From assembly GCA_977018835.1 (NCBI GenBank), contig OZ361259.1, forward strand, positions 2,604,001 to 2,668,000: a DNA stretch of 64,000 nucleotides. The letters run 5' to 3'. Below the pieces are notes generated by a model that saw only the letters and a list, made by a program, of their open reading frames with translations, had not been told where the DNA came from and made no database searches. This stretch comes from Minutocellus sp. GHC0000111. Its lineage: Eukaryota. The position numbers and the translations under genes are program-made. Positions 44,982 through 57,058 of this stretch are shown one piece after another. Position 1 is the stretch's first letter; every line of letters starts with the position of its first letter.

Positions 44982-47900
44982 ATGACAGCCCAACGCCGCC
45001 GCCGCCGCCGCCGATCGTCCTCGTCTGGCCTCGCTGGCACTCCGACCGCCCTCCTCTTCCTTTCCACCTTTCTCCTGATGACCATCGGCACCACCGTCGA
45101 TGCCCACGGCTACCTCATGTCCCCTCGTTCGCGTAACTTCCTGGCCCATTCTTCGCAGGATGGTGTGGGATATGGTGGAACCGCCGCTGATCCCAAGGTC
45201 GATTACGAGGTACGTTTCTTTCGCAGCCTCGTCGATTTCATACACAAATGGATGGACTGGCGTGTAACGTATTGAACCACGTTGGGAAATCAATCATCGA
45301 TCATCCTTCGTATGAATCGCCACACGTTGCCTAATTGCTTGTTTTGCTTTGATATTATCTGAGCAATCTAATCAAGAATTCGTTCGTTCTGCTTCTTCTC
45401 TGCTCATTCATAATATTCTCGACATGGCCAAATAATCGCAGCCACAATCCCTCAACCGTGGAGGTTTATGCGGTGCTCGGTCGGATGTGCAGTATACATT
45501 CCCCGAGAATGCTGTCGGCGGGCCCATGCCCCTCAACATTCAGGCCACATATGAGCAGGGACAAGAAGTCGTCCTCGAGGCGATCCTGACGGCTCATCAC
45601 TGGGGGCACATCGAAGTCAAGGCATGTCCTCTCGCTCAGCATGGCGATGCTCCTACGCAGGAGTGCTTCGATCAGTTCCCACTGCTCTTTGTCGAAGATT
45701 TGATCTATCCTGATTCTCCCAACGATCCGGACTATCCTGGCCGTGCCTACATCCCAGCTCCTGATGCTCCAGGTACTACCACCACCGGTACACCGACCGG
45801 GAAGCTGTTCCGTCAAAAGTTCAAGCTCCCTTCCAACCTCAATGGCCAGATCGTTCTACTTCAGTGGTACTATCGCACCGGTAACTCCTGCTCTAGCCCT
45901 GGGTACGACAAGTACTTTGGTGTGTGGGGATCACCTCCGACAAATCTTCCCTCGTGTCCCAATCCCGTCGATTCTTGTGGAGAAGGCGCTCCTGAGCAAT
46001 TCTGGTGAGTTACAATATTTATCAGCTTGAGATAAAAGATGGTTCCACATATCATATCGTTCATATTTTATATTCGCGCTCAATACTCACATCAATATCT
46101 CCACTTGCCTATTTCTCTATGTAATTCAAATAGGAATTGCGCCGAGATTACCATCACCAATGGTCCTGGCGAGTCTCCGACGCCAACGCCTCCCGCTGGA
46201 CCAGCTGCACTTCCTTGTTCTGGCGAAACTGGCCCTTCAGGTCCTATGAATCCTCCAGGCCCTTCACCGACGACTGCTCCACCGCCTCCTCTACTTTCGC
46301 CACCCGGACCTGTCGACGTACCTTTCCGTTGTGGAACCAGTTGGATGGATGCTCACACCAAGTGTGGTGTCACCTGTGCTACTGGCAATTCAACCCTGTG
46401 TCCTTATGGAGAGTATTGCTACGCCGATTTGGGCGGCGAGGCTTGCACCACACCTGCACCTCCTTCGAGCACCCCAGTACCCCCTACCCCAATCCCACCG
46501 ACGCCCGTTCCTCCTACTATGCAGCCACCGAGTGCCACACCTCCTCCGCCGCCGCCGCCGCCTCCGGGACCAATTTCTCTTGAAGATTCTGAAAATCGAA
46601 TGATTGCCTACCTTGGCAACTGGCAGACGTGCCCCACCGCCAATCAGATCGCGGAATACACCCATATTGTCATCGCATTTGCTGTCACATACACCTGGAA
46701 TCCAACGAAGAATCAGTGCCGCCAGGATTGTTCCATCGGTGCACCAGTTCCCATTTGTGAGAACGCCAACCGGCAAGATTTGGTCGACCAGTGGCGATCA
46801 ATGGGCAAAAAGGTCATACTAAGCTTTGGTGGTGCCGGCATGGGAGGATCATGGGCCGGCGACAACAACGATTGCTGGGAGTACTGCTACGGCAAGCAAC
46901 AGTATGTCGTTGATCAACTCAACACCATCGTTCGAGCTCAGAACTTTGACGGAGTGGATATTGACTACGAATATTTTTACAACACTCAAGCGGCCCAAGA
47001 CTTCCTCCATGACGTCACCGTTGGTCTCAAGACGACTCTTCCTGCCAATCAAAACATCGTCACCCATGCGCCGATGGAGCCTGACTGCGAGCAGGGCACT
47101 GCCTATTACAACATCCTCAAGAATAACGCGGCCTACTTGGACTTTTTGATGCCCCAGTACTACAATGGATTTACTCGCCCCGCCCTCGATGGGCTGAGTA
47201 ATACCAGCGGTAGCTCAAGGCCGAATGCCCTACCCCATTACAATACTCTGGTCAGCGAGATGTTCGGCGGTGATGCCACCAAGGTTATCTTTGGGTTCTG
47301 CGTAAGTCTTTTCAAGTTTGTCAGCCTGTAGAGAGGCAGGATGGTTGTTATCTTTCCTTCTCTTCTTCCTATCGATGTGCTTACTTCTCCATACACAATC
47401 TACATTCTCTTTTCATCAATCCATCTTCAAATCATCCAGATCTCGGATTGTTCCGGTACAGGTTCCAACGCCAGTGGACAGCAAGCCGCATCTGTTATGA
47501 CGCAGCTTCACTCCACGCATTCATGCAACGGAGGAGCCTTCTTTTGGGTGGTCAATCATGATACGAACGGGGCTTGGTCCAACGAGGTCAATGGAGCAAT
47601 TTCGTCGGCCAGTGGTTGTGATGCTGGTCCTCCTACTCCTACCATCGCGCCCCCTCCTTCGCCGACCAACCCCCCTCCGACTAATGCGCCGCCATCCAGT
47701 GCACCCCCGCCGCCTCCTCCACCGCCACCGACCTCGGACGTGGAATTGGTTGCCTCTGGAGGTGCTCGTTGTGGAACTAGTGAGCTCGATGCTCGGGAAA
47801 TGTGTGGCAATAGTTGTACCCACGCAGGCCAGTGTCCCAGTGGTACTGCTTGCTATGCCACCCACCCCAACTACTGCGGTGATCCCAACTTCACTCCATT

Positions 47901-48096
47901 CCAGTGGGTCAATCCTGTCGCTTCGACGTCCTGGGCTCGCTGCGGCAAATCTGAGGTCGACGCCCGAAGCTTCTGCAAACCCATGTGCAACAGCGATGCT
48001 GACTGCCCAGTCTCCGGCGAACGCTGCTACGGTGTTCATCAGAACTACTGTGGATCGCAGGTGGCCGGAGGTAGCAGAATGCTTCGTGGCAATTAG
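44982..48096 (+). CDS. Secreted LPMO (AA15/AA10-like) + Cys-rich chitin-binding modules + GH18 chitinase fusion (4 exons)
   Basis: Signal ending VDA|HGYLMSPRSRN (His1), LTAHHWGH, LLQWYYRTGNSC, EQFWNCAEI; Pro-rich linkers; RCG.SW.DA..KC modules x3; GH18 SFGG and FDGVDIDYE, MPQYYN; exons 44982-45209, 45442-46004, 46134-47301, 47440-48096, all GT-AG and frame-consistent. Confidence 0.9.
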
Positions 48097-48415
48097 TGAA
48101 GATATGGCCCGTACTAAGCCAAGCCAAGGCAGCCTGCGCTGCCTAAAGATATTCTACAGTCGACTCAGAAACGAAAAAATGCAACGACTAGAGGATTTCG
48201 CCCGACCCTTGCTTTAGAGAATAGATCATAATAAAGATACATCGTCATATATCTATCTATTCGATCTACTGCGTAGCTACAAGCTAGGAGATAACCAAAC
48301 CGCTACGCATCCTGGATCGCTATACTGCCTAGTTTTGGCAAAGTCTTATCTCATGGATACAGCCGCAGGGTGGTTTGGTCCGTGTAACCAAGACATGACA
48401 TACATAGTGCTACCC

Positions 48416-49192
48416 TCAAACAAGTACTCCATCGACCCCTTCGTCATCTTCGTCTTCGTCGTTGTTGTCGCCATAGTCATTGACCGTCTGATTAGCATTG
48501 CCGACGCTTTTCTTCTCGGCTACCTTCTCCGTTTCTTCCTCTTCGTCACTGTCCAAAATTTCGAGAACATCGTGACCATTCTCGTGACGAGTAATAACGT
48601 GGACCTCCTCGCCGCTCTTCTTCTTGCCTGAACTAGATAGTCTGGGCTTCTTCGTGCTGAAGTTGTTGGCCCCATTATTGGCAGACTCGTCGGAGGGATC
48701 ATTTTTTGAGCGCTTTTTGGTGATCGCCGTGCCCGTCTCGCTCTTGATGGGAACGCTGCGGTCGTCTGCTTTCTTCTTTGAGCTGGCGGTAGTATCAGGA
48801 CTCGGTGGGGGAGAGTTGGTAATCTCCATTTGTGCAACCTCACCGTTGCCATCGGAGGAGTTAGAGCTTTGGCTCTTCCCCTTCTTTTTACTGCTTGGTG
48901 GCTTACCAGAAGAATTGGCAGCGACGGACGAAGCTGCGACATCCATGGGGTGAGCATCTGCTGCGGCGTCGACAGCGGCCTTGGCAGCGGCATCAGCGGC
49001 CACTACTGCTGCGGCATCCTTCGAATTTTGTGCTTCGTTCTTGTCATCCTGGAGGAGACTCTCGTGGAAGTGATACTTGCTTATCCATGAGGTTACGTGC
49101 TTCTTCTGACCCTTCTTGCTGGAGGTTTGGTGCGAAGAAGTGGACCCGCCCGCGGTGAGGTACGTCGCTATGCACTCCACTTGCATTCTCAC
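48416..49192 (-). CDS. Hypothetical low-complexity Lys/Ser/acidic protein fragment (possibly the 3' part of a disrupted gene)
   Basis: 258-aa ORF without ATG start; NLS-like basic clusters and EVHVI...VLEILDSDEEE (SIM-like). Confidence 0.4.
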   Translation of the reverse strand: MRMQVECIATYLTAGGSTSSHQTSSKKGQKKHVTSWISKYHFHESLLQDDKNEAQNSKDAAAVVAADAAAKAAVDAAADAHPMDVAASSVAANSSGKPPSSKKKGKSQSSNSSDGNGEVAQMEITNSPPPSPDTTASSKKKADDRSVPIKSETGTAITKKRSKNDPSDESANNGANNFSTKKPRLSSSGKKKSGEEVHVITRHENGHDVLEILDSDEEEETEKVAEKKSVGNANQTVNDYGDNNDEDEDDEGVDGVLV

Positions 49193-49502
49193 AAATCACA
49201 AATTCGAAGGTGCATAAATCGAAAATAGTAACTTTGACGACAACATCTTTGCCATTATTATCTACACATTACATTGCCAAAATGTCCTCACCCGCACCCA
49301 ATGAACGCATCGTCAACAAGAATCTCGAAAGTAGCAACATGCGAGGCCACAGAAATAATGTCTCTCTTGCTACTGCCGTCGCTACCACCGCGGAAGCAGT
49401 GACGCCCCAGAGAGCGATGCAAAGTGTGCAGGATGCTTTCATTGGCATCATTGTTGCCGAGAAAGACGAGAGTTCGAAGTCTTACTTCATGGAGCTAATA
49501 AT

Positions 49503-49805
49503 GTGGAAAATGAGCGTCTACGCGTAGAGACCACCAACCTAGAAAACCAGCTCCAGGAAGCCCAAATGGAAATTGAGCGTCCAGGCGAGCTGCTGAATGC
49601 CAAAGACATAAAGACCACCGACCTAGGAAACCAGCTCCAGGAAGCCAAAAAGATCAACAAGGCGCTCGAAAAAACATTCTGGGCGACTGATGCCGAGAAC
49701 CACGTCCTTACGGCCGAGAAAGAAGATCTCATTGTCGAAAACCACACGCTGAAAGATGATAAGGAAGATGTCGTAGCCGAGAAACACGCCTTGAAGCCGA
49801 GATGA
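49503..49805 (+). pseudogene. Degenerate coiled-coil protein with internal repeat
   Basis: accaccRacctagRaaaccagctccaggaagcc repeated (TTNLENQLQEA / TTDLGNQLQEA); flanking frames broken. Confidence 0.35.
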
Positions 49806-50572
49806 AAGACACCAAGGTGACCAATCCTCGCCTTACCAACGCCCGAAAGATGGACAAGAAGGAGATGGTGAAAAAAGACAAGAAGATCAAAACATTTCGA
49901 CACAAAATCAAAACTTTAACTCTTATGCTGGCCCGTGAGGGTGGGCAAGAGTATCGGCTCAGCGAGTACTAGCCAGCTCTGTACCAGGACGTGCGTGATA
50001 CACGAAGGCATGTGTAACGATTCGACATATCTACATGTTGTTTTCCGGCAGGGATGATGATGTGAGATGCACAAGTACATGTATTTATTTCAATATTTAG
50101 CGCATGGAGAGAGAAGCGGATCAATCAATGATCTTTTGACTGTGTCTTTTCTTTATATAAGCATGCACGTGAATGTCTATATTATATTCTCAAATATTTA
50201 TTCAATGAGTTGTCAGACAGATCGAGATGTGCTCTCTTTGGAAATGTCTTACCGGTAGCCAGGAAAGTTGCGATATCGACAACTATTTAATTTATTTAAT
50301 TTGTGTGATTCACTTGAATTTCAGTCACACTTTCCTTAGATTCTCTTTGTGTAATTTCTTCTCTAATGAATTATATGTGATCCGGTAGATAGAGTCTATC
50401 GGTACTCTTTCGTCTCTACAAGTACTACTATTAAATGTGCGTGCAGGTGTTGCGTTGCCTCAATTTTTTCCTATGCATACAGAACATATTTCAACTGTAG
50501 AATGCACCGAACGAAGTAAGGTGCGGTGGCTGATCGACCACAAGATCTACTAGAGTATCTACCGGTAGATCC

Positions 50573-51724
50573 TCACTCGTCCAGGTTCAAACCATGCGAG
50601 GAGGAGAAGTGCATCCCATCCCGGGCAAGGCGGCCGTTGGAAACCTCCCGGGCCAGGATGCTCTGGTCCATCCTGGACAGGACGTTGGGCGCGCCGATGC
50701 TCTCGTTGTAGAAGGATGGGTTCCGCCTCGGGTCGATGTCGTCCTCGTTGTCGCTGATCTCCTGGGAGAGCAGATTGAACAAAACGGAATCGTGACACTC
50801 GAAGGAGATGGCCGAGCTCCGGCGGGAGGAGCTGCCCTCCTCCCTGAGCGGGGCCTCGATGGAAACCTCGTAGTCCGTGGTGGTGGTAGTAGTGGTGGTG
50901 GTTTCAGCGGACGATCGGATGAGGTCGGGAACGCTGGTCGGTGCGGACGAAGGGGAAGATCGGTCGTTGGTGGATATTTCCATGAGGTCGTCAAGAGTCA
51001 TGCTCTTGTCGTCATCGCTGTCGTCATCGTCGTTGTCATCGTCACCAGAGACCATGACGTCGTCCAGCCTCGAGAACGATATCCGACGAGAAGACCGAGG
51101 CTCCTCTGCGATGGCGTCGTTGTTGGTGGCAGCAGCAGCCGGGACCGCCTCAGAGGCCGATGTCATGTCGTTGAGGGTTAGGGAGATTTCTGCCTCAAAA
51201 GGAGGGGTCATTCTTGACGACGACGGCGCCTCCTCCTCCTCCGGTGCGTCCTTGTGCTCTTGGACGAAGGCCCCAAGCTTCTCGAAGACTTGCTCTTTTT
51301 GGGTCTGCTCGTTGGCGGCGTTGTTGGTATCGGTGTCTGCTTCCGAGGAACCGGTACTGGCCTGTCGATATCCGAGAAGTTGTCTCGTGGTAGCGAGGCC
51401 GTCGCTACCGTCTTGGCCGGCGTCGGAATTCGACGAGCATTTGTGCGACGCGGAAGGAGGAGACACTTTCTTGGAGGAAGCGACGTCGACAGAGCCGCTT
51501 ATGGTAGAATTGATCTTGAGGGACTCGATGCCGGCCTTCATATCGTTGAGGTCTGGGTCAGTCTTGAGGTTTTGAGTGGCAGTGGTGGGAGTGTCAAGGG
51601 CAATTTGTGTCTGCGGACGGCAGCCGACTGCGCCGATTGATATGCGGCCGTCTTCGTTTCGTCGGTGTTGCGGTATCATCGTTGAGGAGGCCTGATTGTG
51701 GCGACGATCGGAAGAGAAGTTCAT
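50573..51724 (-). CDS. Hypothetical Ser/Thr/Asp-rich disordered protein
   Basis: 383-aa ORF from ATG with coding-like codon bias; no recognisable domain. Confidence 0.5.
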   Translation of the reverse strand: MNFSSDRRHNQASSTMIPQHRRNEDGRISIGAVGCRPQTQIALDTPTTATQNLKTDPDLNDMKAGIESLKINSTISGSVDVASSKKVSPPSASHKCSSNSDAGQDGSDGLATTRQLLGYRQASTGSSEADTDTNNAANEQTQKEQVFEKLGAFVQEHKDAPEEEEAPSSSRMTPPFEAEISLTLNDMTSASEAVPAAAATNNDAIAEEPRSSRRISFSRLDDVMVSGDDDNDDDDSDDDKSMTLDDLMEISTNDRSSPSSAPTSVPDLIRSSAETTTTTTTTTDYEVSIEAPLREEGSSSRRSSAISFECHDSVLFNLLSQEISDNEDDIDPRRNPSFYNESIGAPNVLSRMDQSILAREVSNGRLARDGMHFSSSHGLNLDE

Positions 51725-52058
51725 CTTGCTCGTCTTTTATGGGTTGGTATCTTTCTTCGATTTGTGAAGGTTTGTTGTGTTCGAGACGTTCCATCTACTT
51801 CCTTCTTTCCTGAGAGACGAGGCCACGAGGCCCTGCTTTGAAGTGAAGAATAAATGCGCCCCTCGTTGTGGTTGGTGAAAATACATGTAGGCCATGTGCT
51901 TGGCCAGAGCAGATTTGTTGTGCGCGAAGTGAGTGCCGCCACGTCAAAGATGCCCTCTAAATCTTGACGGCTATTTTATCCCTTTTCGTAATTTTTGTAT
52001 TTTCGTAGTAGGAAAATTTATCATCGCACAGAAAAAGACAGCCTAGAATTTGTCACTT

Positions 52059-53601
52059 TCAATAAATCTTTCGTCGCCGAGCAGTAGTGTAAAACCACTT
52101 TTCATCAAGATACGCTACAGGAATGTTGGGATCGGTCGTAATGTCCTCCCACTTTTCGATCCAATCAAGTCGCTTCCTACAATGTTCGGGGGTGAGCCTC
52201 GGCTTTTTTCTCGATCGACGACTTCTCCTTACCGCCTTGCTTTTTCCACCAGCGAAAAAGCTGAAGACGATGGAGACTAATTGTCAGCCTGTCTTCATCT
52301 GGAGTAGCTGATTTTGTGCTCATACAGTCAGCTAGCTCCTTAAAGGTTGCCATCGCACCCTTCATCCGAGTAGCATGCCAACACAGCTCGCGGAGACGTC
52401 CTGGCTCCTTCTCCTCGATCATGTCCGTGCATGCCTTCCTTCCACGAACCTCCTTTCTGCCGATGGGATTGCTGATGCCATCAGTAAGGCTTTTGTAGAG
52501 CTGGTCTCTCCACTTGTAAAGCTGAGAACCACCGGTTGACTTGGCATAACCGTGATCGTACGCAACTTGCCGACACGCGGCAGTTGCAATTTGTTGCCGG
52601 TCTTCATGCGTGCGAGTTGGGTCGCCGTGTCCCCACCAATCCGCGAGAGCCACGGCGCTGAACCGCATTCTTTCATTCGCCTGCTTTTCTTTTCTGATTG
52701 GCATTGGTTCGGTGACGGTTGCATTGGGACGAGGAGGACGGAGCATGTCATCGTTGGCCATCCGAACAACAAAGTCGAGGCCGAGAGCGACCTTTACCTG
52801 TTCATCAATGTCACTGGAGGTGGCACAGACAACGGAAGTATCGGCTCCTCCTAAACCTTCATCATTGGGGGAGGCTGCAGCTGCTTCAGTGGCGGAAGTA
52901 TCACCAGTTCCCTTCAGTATGCTGAGGAGACTTGCTGGCATCCAACCCAGTTTCTTGGCCTCGTCGACTAGTGATTTCACTCTTGCTTCGCAATGCGCTG
53001 ACTGTGCCTCCTTTCTGTGAGCTGACAACCTCTCACCTAGCTTAGTAGCTAAGACAGTCGAGCGCCCAGAGAACAGAACTTCATCGGGATTTCTTTTCTC
53101 GTGCACCTTCTGTCCCTCCGGTCCAGAGAATTTCGGGTGGTTGTCCTCCTTCTTTTTACGCAACCTGTGAGCACAAACACAAAGCGCCCTGCGTCTTGTC
53201 TTCCCTCTCGGCCGATGCGTCGACAAGTGCAACTTCAAACTACAATGCTCCTTGAGATGTTGCTGCATATCCTTCCATTTTTCCTCGTTGTACTGTAGCT
53301 CATACTTTCCTCCACCGACGGACTTGGAACGCAACAAGTCGGCCTCGATGAAAGCAGGGAGGACGTCTTCCCATTTCTGCCGAGAACCAACAACACAAAT
53401 GTCATCTTTGCCGCAGGAATCGGGGGTTACTCTCCACCACAGATCCTTACCAGCCCTTCGAATGACATCTGCTGCAAGGAGGAGAAAGGCCATGGGGATA
53501 GGAGGAGGGGCCGTCCTCTTCTTCGCCGACGACGGTGACGGTTTGGCGGGCAAATTTGACCGTGGCCGCTTCTTCGACGACGTGTTTGCGCTCGGCGACA
53601 T
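52059..53601 (-). mobile_element. Tc1/mariner-superfamily transposase remnant, truncated after the first catalytic Asp
   Basis: After a frameshift in an A run near 52205 the reading continues KPRLTPEHCRKRLDWIEKW...VAYLDEKWFY, the KP.LT..H...R..W and DEKWF motifs of mariner (DD39D-like) transposases. Confidence 0.75.
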
Positions 53602-54384
53602 TGTGTTTTCGGCTCAGCTGCCGCCTTTGCCGCCTTCCTGGATGCCTTGGTGTTGCCTCTCTTGCTCCCTGAGAACGAAGTTCTGCTGCGTTTGTATTTT
53701 TTGGGCGTGGTCTGGTTGGTCGTCGTCATCGTCACAAAATTTGCGCGGGTTGCGGTGTTGTGAGGGTGTGCGGGGGACCAAAAAATACATGTGTTCCTGC
53801 CAGAATCTACTGGACCTGCGAATTCAGTGGATACTACTGGTCGGTGGCAACCTACTGAATGAGCAGGTCCAGTAGATATCCACGAACGAGTTGAGGAGCA
53901 TTTGCGTTCCTCCCGAAGAGAACATCGACTAACAAAACACGTGGTGGGAAATGAGAAATGGGTGCAAGAATGACCTTTTTTAGGGGTTATTGGTATACCC
54001 TCTACAAATCCTCTGAAACCGAAAGGTACCCTGTAGGTCCTCTCTACATGTAGAGGAATTCCGGGTCCTAAGCAAGCGTCAGGTGCGAACCTGTAACAAA
54101 AATAGGCACTAAATTTTGCTCGATTAGTGCAATCGGCGCCTCCCAACCAAGCAAGCCAACCGAACCGGCGACCGACCGACGCGACGAGATGGAGACGAAG
54201 CGAAGCCGCGCCGACGTGCATGCAAGTAAGTTGGCATGACTGCACGTACCTAGGTACCACTCCACTGCCTCACCGCCTGACTCTGCTTCTCCATTGCGTC
54301 AAATCTAAGTAAGGCGATCGTAACGTCACGCTCATTGCGAAGCGTCTCCTCTTCGCTCTCTGGTCGCGCCTGCATCATATTATC

Positions 54385-55617
54385 ATGAACACAAACACCG
54401 GCGAGGAGCACGAGCAGAAGCTTCCGCGGGGCTGGTCCAAGGGCTACTCGAAGAGCCAGAAGCGGTGGTACTACAGCCATGCCGAGACGAAGCATACGCA
54501 GTGGCACTTCCCAACGGCCAGTGAGGTTGCCGACCCGGCCAAGGCCAAGAAGCGGGCCGCCGAGAACGTGAGGTTGGAGAAGGAACGCATGGCCAAGCAG
54601 AAGCCGACTTCGTCGTCATCAGCCGCACCTCCGTCCAAGAAGCGACCGGAACCGCAGGCGGCATCGAGCAGCCTTGGTCTGGACGTTGGGCAGATCGTCG
54701 CGACGACCAAGGCGGCAGCCGCTGCTGCCCACAAGGGCGAACCATCCAAAAAGAGGCCCAAGACTCTCATCAGTCCCAACCTGTCCCTGGCCGATACCAC
54801 CTCCGTCGCCGTCATCGTTCCCTACCGCGACCTTCATCCGGCCCAGAATCGAGCCAAGCATCTCTCCCAATTCATCCCACACATGAAGAAATTCCTCCAA
54901 AGACAGGTTGATCTGGGATCCATGTCGGACTATCGCATCTACATCATCGAACAATCCGACGACGGACGCAAGTTCAATCGCGGCAAGCTGCTCAACATTG
55001 GCTTCGACCTGGCCCGGAAGGACAAGGTGGCGGCACCGGACGTGTTCATCTTTCACGACGTCGACCTCCTCCCCGACAACAAGCTAGGGCCGTGGTATGC
55101 CAAGTTCCCCAAGACTCCCGTTCACATCGCGCGGGTTTGGGATCGCTACAGCAACAACCCCAAGTACTTTGGTGGGATCGTCTCCTTCTCCTCGTCGGAC
55201 ATGAAGCGGATCAATGGCTATCCCAACACGTTCTGGGGGTGGGGCGGAGAGGACGACGAGATGCAGAAGCGATGCGAGCGGTTGGGCATCCGCTGGCAGC
55301 ATCCTCCGAAGGATGCCGGGCTCAATATTACCGATCTGGAGGACATGAACCTCAGCGAGAAGCTCGACTTCCTCCGCTCCAACAAGGAGTGGAAGTGCAT
55401 GGTGAAGTGGGAGGCGTTGGAGGAGCACGACAAGACGTGGCGGACCAACGGGCTGGCCGATCTGCGGTACAAGGTCCTCAAGACGGAGGCTCTGGGTGAT
55501 GACGACGAGGAGGCCGGAGAGGTCGCCAGGGCCAAGAAAATCACTGTGGACGTACAGCTGAACGGTAATCACTGGTCCAACGACAAGTGCGGCGTGGACT
55601 ACACGTATTCGAGTTGA
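54385..55617 (+). CDS. WW-domain + GT7 (beta-1,4-galactosyltransferase-like) protein without signal or TM anchor
   Basis: WW: LPRGWSKGYSKSQKRWYYSHAETKHTQWHFP; GT7: VAVIVPYRD, IIEQ, FNRGKLLNIG, FHDVDLLP, INGYPNTFWGWGGEDDE. Confidence 0.9.
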   Translation: MNTNTGEEHEQKLPRGWSKGYSKSQKRWYYSHAETKHTQWHFPTASEVADPAKAKKRAAENVRLEKERMAKQKPTSSSSAAPPSKKRPEPQAASSSLGLDVGQIVATTKAAAAAAHKGEPSKKRPKTLISPNLSLADTTSVAVIVPYRDLHPAQNRAKHLSQFIPHMKKFLQRQVDLGSMSDYRIYIIEQSDDGRKFNRGKLLNIGFDLARKDKVAAPDVFIFHDVDLLPDNKLGPWYAKFPKTPVHIARVWDRYSNNPKYFGGIVSFSSSDMKRINGYPNTFWGWGGEDDEMQKRCERLGIRWQHPPKDAGLNITDLEDMNLSEKLDFLRSNKEWKCMVKWEALEEHDKTWRTNGLADLRYKVLKTEALGDDDEEAGEVARAKKITVDVQLNGNHWSNDKCGVDYTYSS

Positions 55618-55720
55618 TGAAGACCGTGGCCATAGCTAAAGAAGTATCTGAGTAAAAGTGGTGGGAAGATAGTGCGCAGTACGTATTCCTTTTTACATGT
55701 GTGCGCGACAAGTGAACCTT

Positions 55721-56680
55721 TCACTCGTCCATGCATGTGCCTACTTGATAAGACGTAGCTAGCGAGAGGCCGACCTCAAAAAATAGAAGCGCAAAAACTG
55801 CAGGTATGCAGATGCACATGGCCAAGAGAATAGCACAAAGGGCAGTGCCCAATAAGCATCGTCTACAAAAATGCATTGTATTTCTATTAGAAACTACTGG
55901 TCTGTCGTTATACGAGGCGGGAGCTTGTGCGGCATTTGCGTTGGCCTGGGCCTGAGCCATTGCCCCCTTGCCCATCAGATTCAGTACACCACTCTTCAAT
56001 AAGTAAACCGCACCCATCGACGTGCCCTGGTCTACCAGGGCTTGGAACTTTGCCTTTTGCGATGAGCTGCACTTGTAGAAACCGTACAGGTTGGCCCCGC
56101 TGAGTGCGATGGCCAAGCACACCGTGATCAGCCAGCCCAAGTTGAACTTGATGACGCCCAGAAGGAACAGAGCAGACCACAACGCCGGCGTTCCGTACAG
56201 CACCGACCAGAAGATGAAGTTGTCGAATTTGTTCACATTTGTCGTTTCCGCGCTCTCGAACAGCCATTTGTTGGTACCATCCGGCTCGACCTGGCACCAC
56301 CATCGCAATCCAACCAGGAGCCTGCCGGTTACGTTCTTGACTGTCCAAAAGTCGGCAGCCATGAGCAGAATGCACAGGACGGTGACCGTGATGAAGTTCG
56401 CACCCGACACACTGCCATCGACCTTGGAGTCCTTGGAGAACCAACCGCCGAATATGTACAGGAACAGCGCGCCCGCCTTGAAGGCGATATGGAACAGGCA
56501 GGCCATGGGATGGGCGCTGTCGGAAAACATTTGCATTTTGGGCGGACCGGACGGCCGCACTCCTGGTGCTGCCGATCCGACGTTCTGGGCGGCGGCACCG
56601 CCATCCATCGCACCGCTCATCCCGTAGGTCCCCGCGGGAGAAGCGGTCGAGGTTTCGGAGGTGAATTGGAGGTCAGCCAT
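55721..56680 (-). CDS. TVP23: Golgi membrane protein TVP23 (DUF846); true stop may lie near 55908
   Basis: HPMACLFHIAFK, DFWTVKNVTGRLLVGLRWW, WLFES, FW..LY..P..W, ANLYGFYKC. Confidence 0.9.
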   Translation of the reverse strand: MADLQFTSETSTASPAGTYGMSGAMDGGAAAQNVGSAAPGVRPSGPPKMQMFSDSAHPMACLFHIAFKAGALFLYIFGGWFSKDSKVDGSVSGANFITVTVLCILLMAADFWTVKNVTGRLLVGLRWWCQVEPDGTNKWLFESAETTNVNKFDNFIFWSVLYGTPALWSALFLLGVIKFNLGWLITVCLAIALSGANLYGFYKCSSSQKAKFQALVDQGTSMGAVYLLKSGVLNLMGKGAMAQAQANANAAQAPASYNDRPVVSNRNTMHFCRRCLLGTALCAILLAMCICIPAVFALLFFEVGLSLATSYQVGTCMDE

Positions 56681-57058
56681 CGCCTTTCAATGTGGTCGAA
56701 TGAAGCAGCAAGTAGCAGGAAGGGGCCAGAAGCAAGGTCAGGTGCTCAGGAAGGCGGCCGGCCGGTTGGCTCGTAGGAGGAAAATCTACGTACGGCTTTC
56801 GAAATGACCGAATCGAATCCTTCAAAACCACCAACGGTCAAGCATCCGGCAATGACGATAACCAAGCACAGTTTGGACAGTTTGGACGTTTGGAACGGCG
56901 AAGATACGCCTTTGCTTTCTGCTCTGCTGCGCTGGAGAACCAACCGCCGCTGAAAGGAACACCTGACCATATTATCAGGAGTGACTTAACTCTACCTTGA
57001 TCGACCGCGCCCTTTGTGGAATTAGACGAAAAAGTAACACAAGACGGGTTGGACTACA

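Noticed and set aside
51950..54320. Terminal inverted repeats for the mariner remnant
   Set aside because: Only weak similarity (ctaaatcttgacg vs cttagatttgacg); no clear TIR pair with a TA duplication
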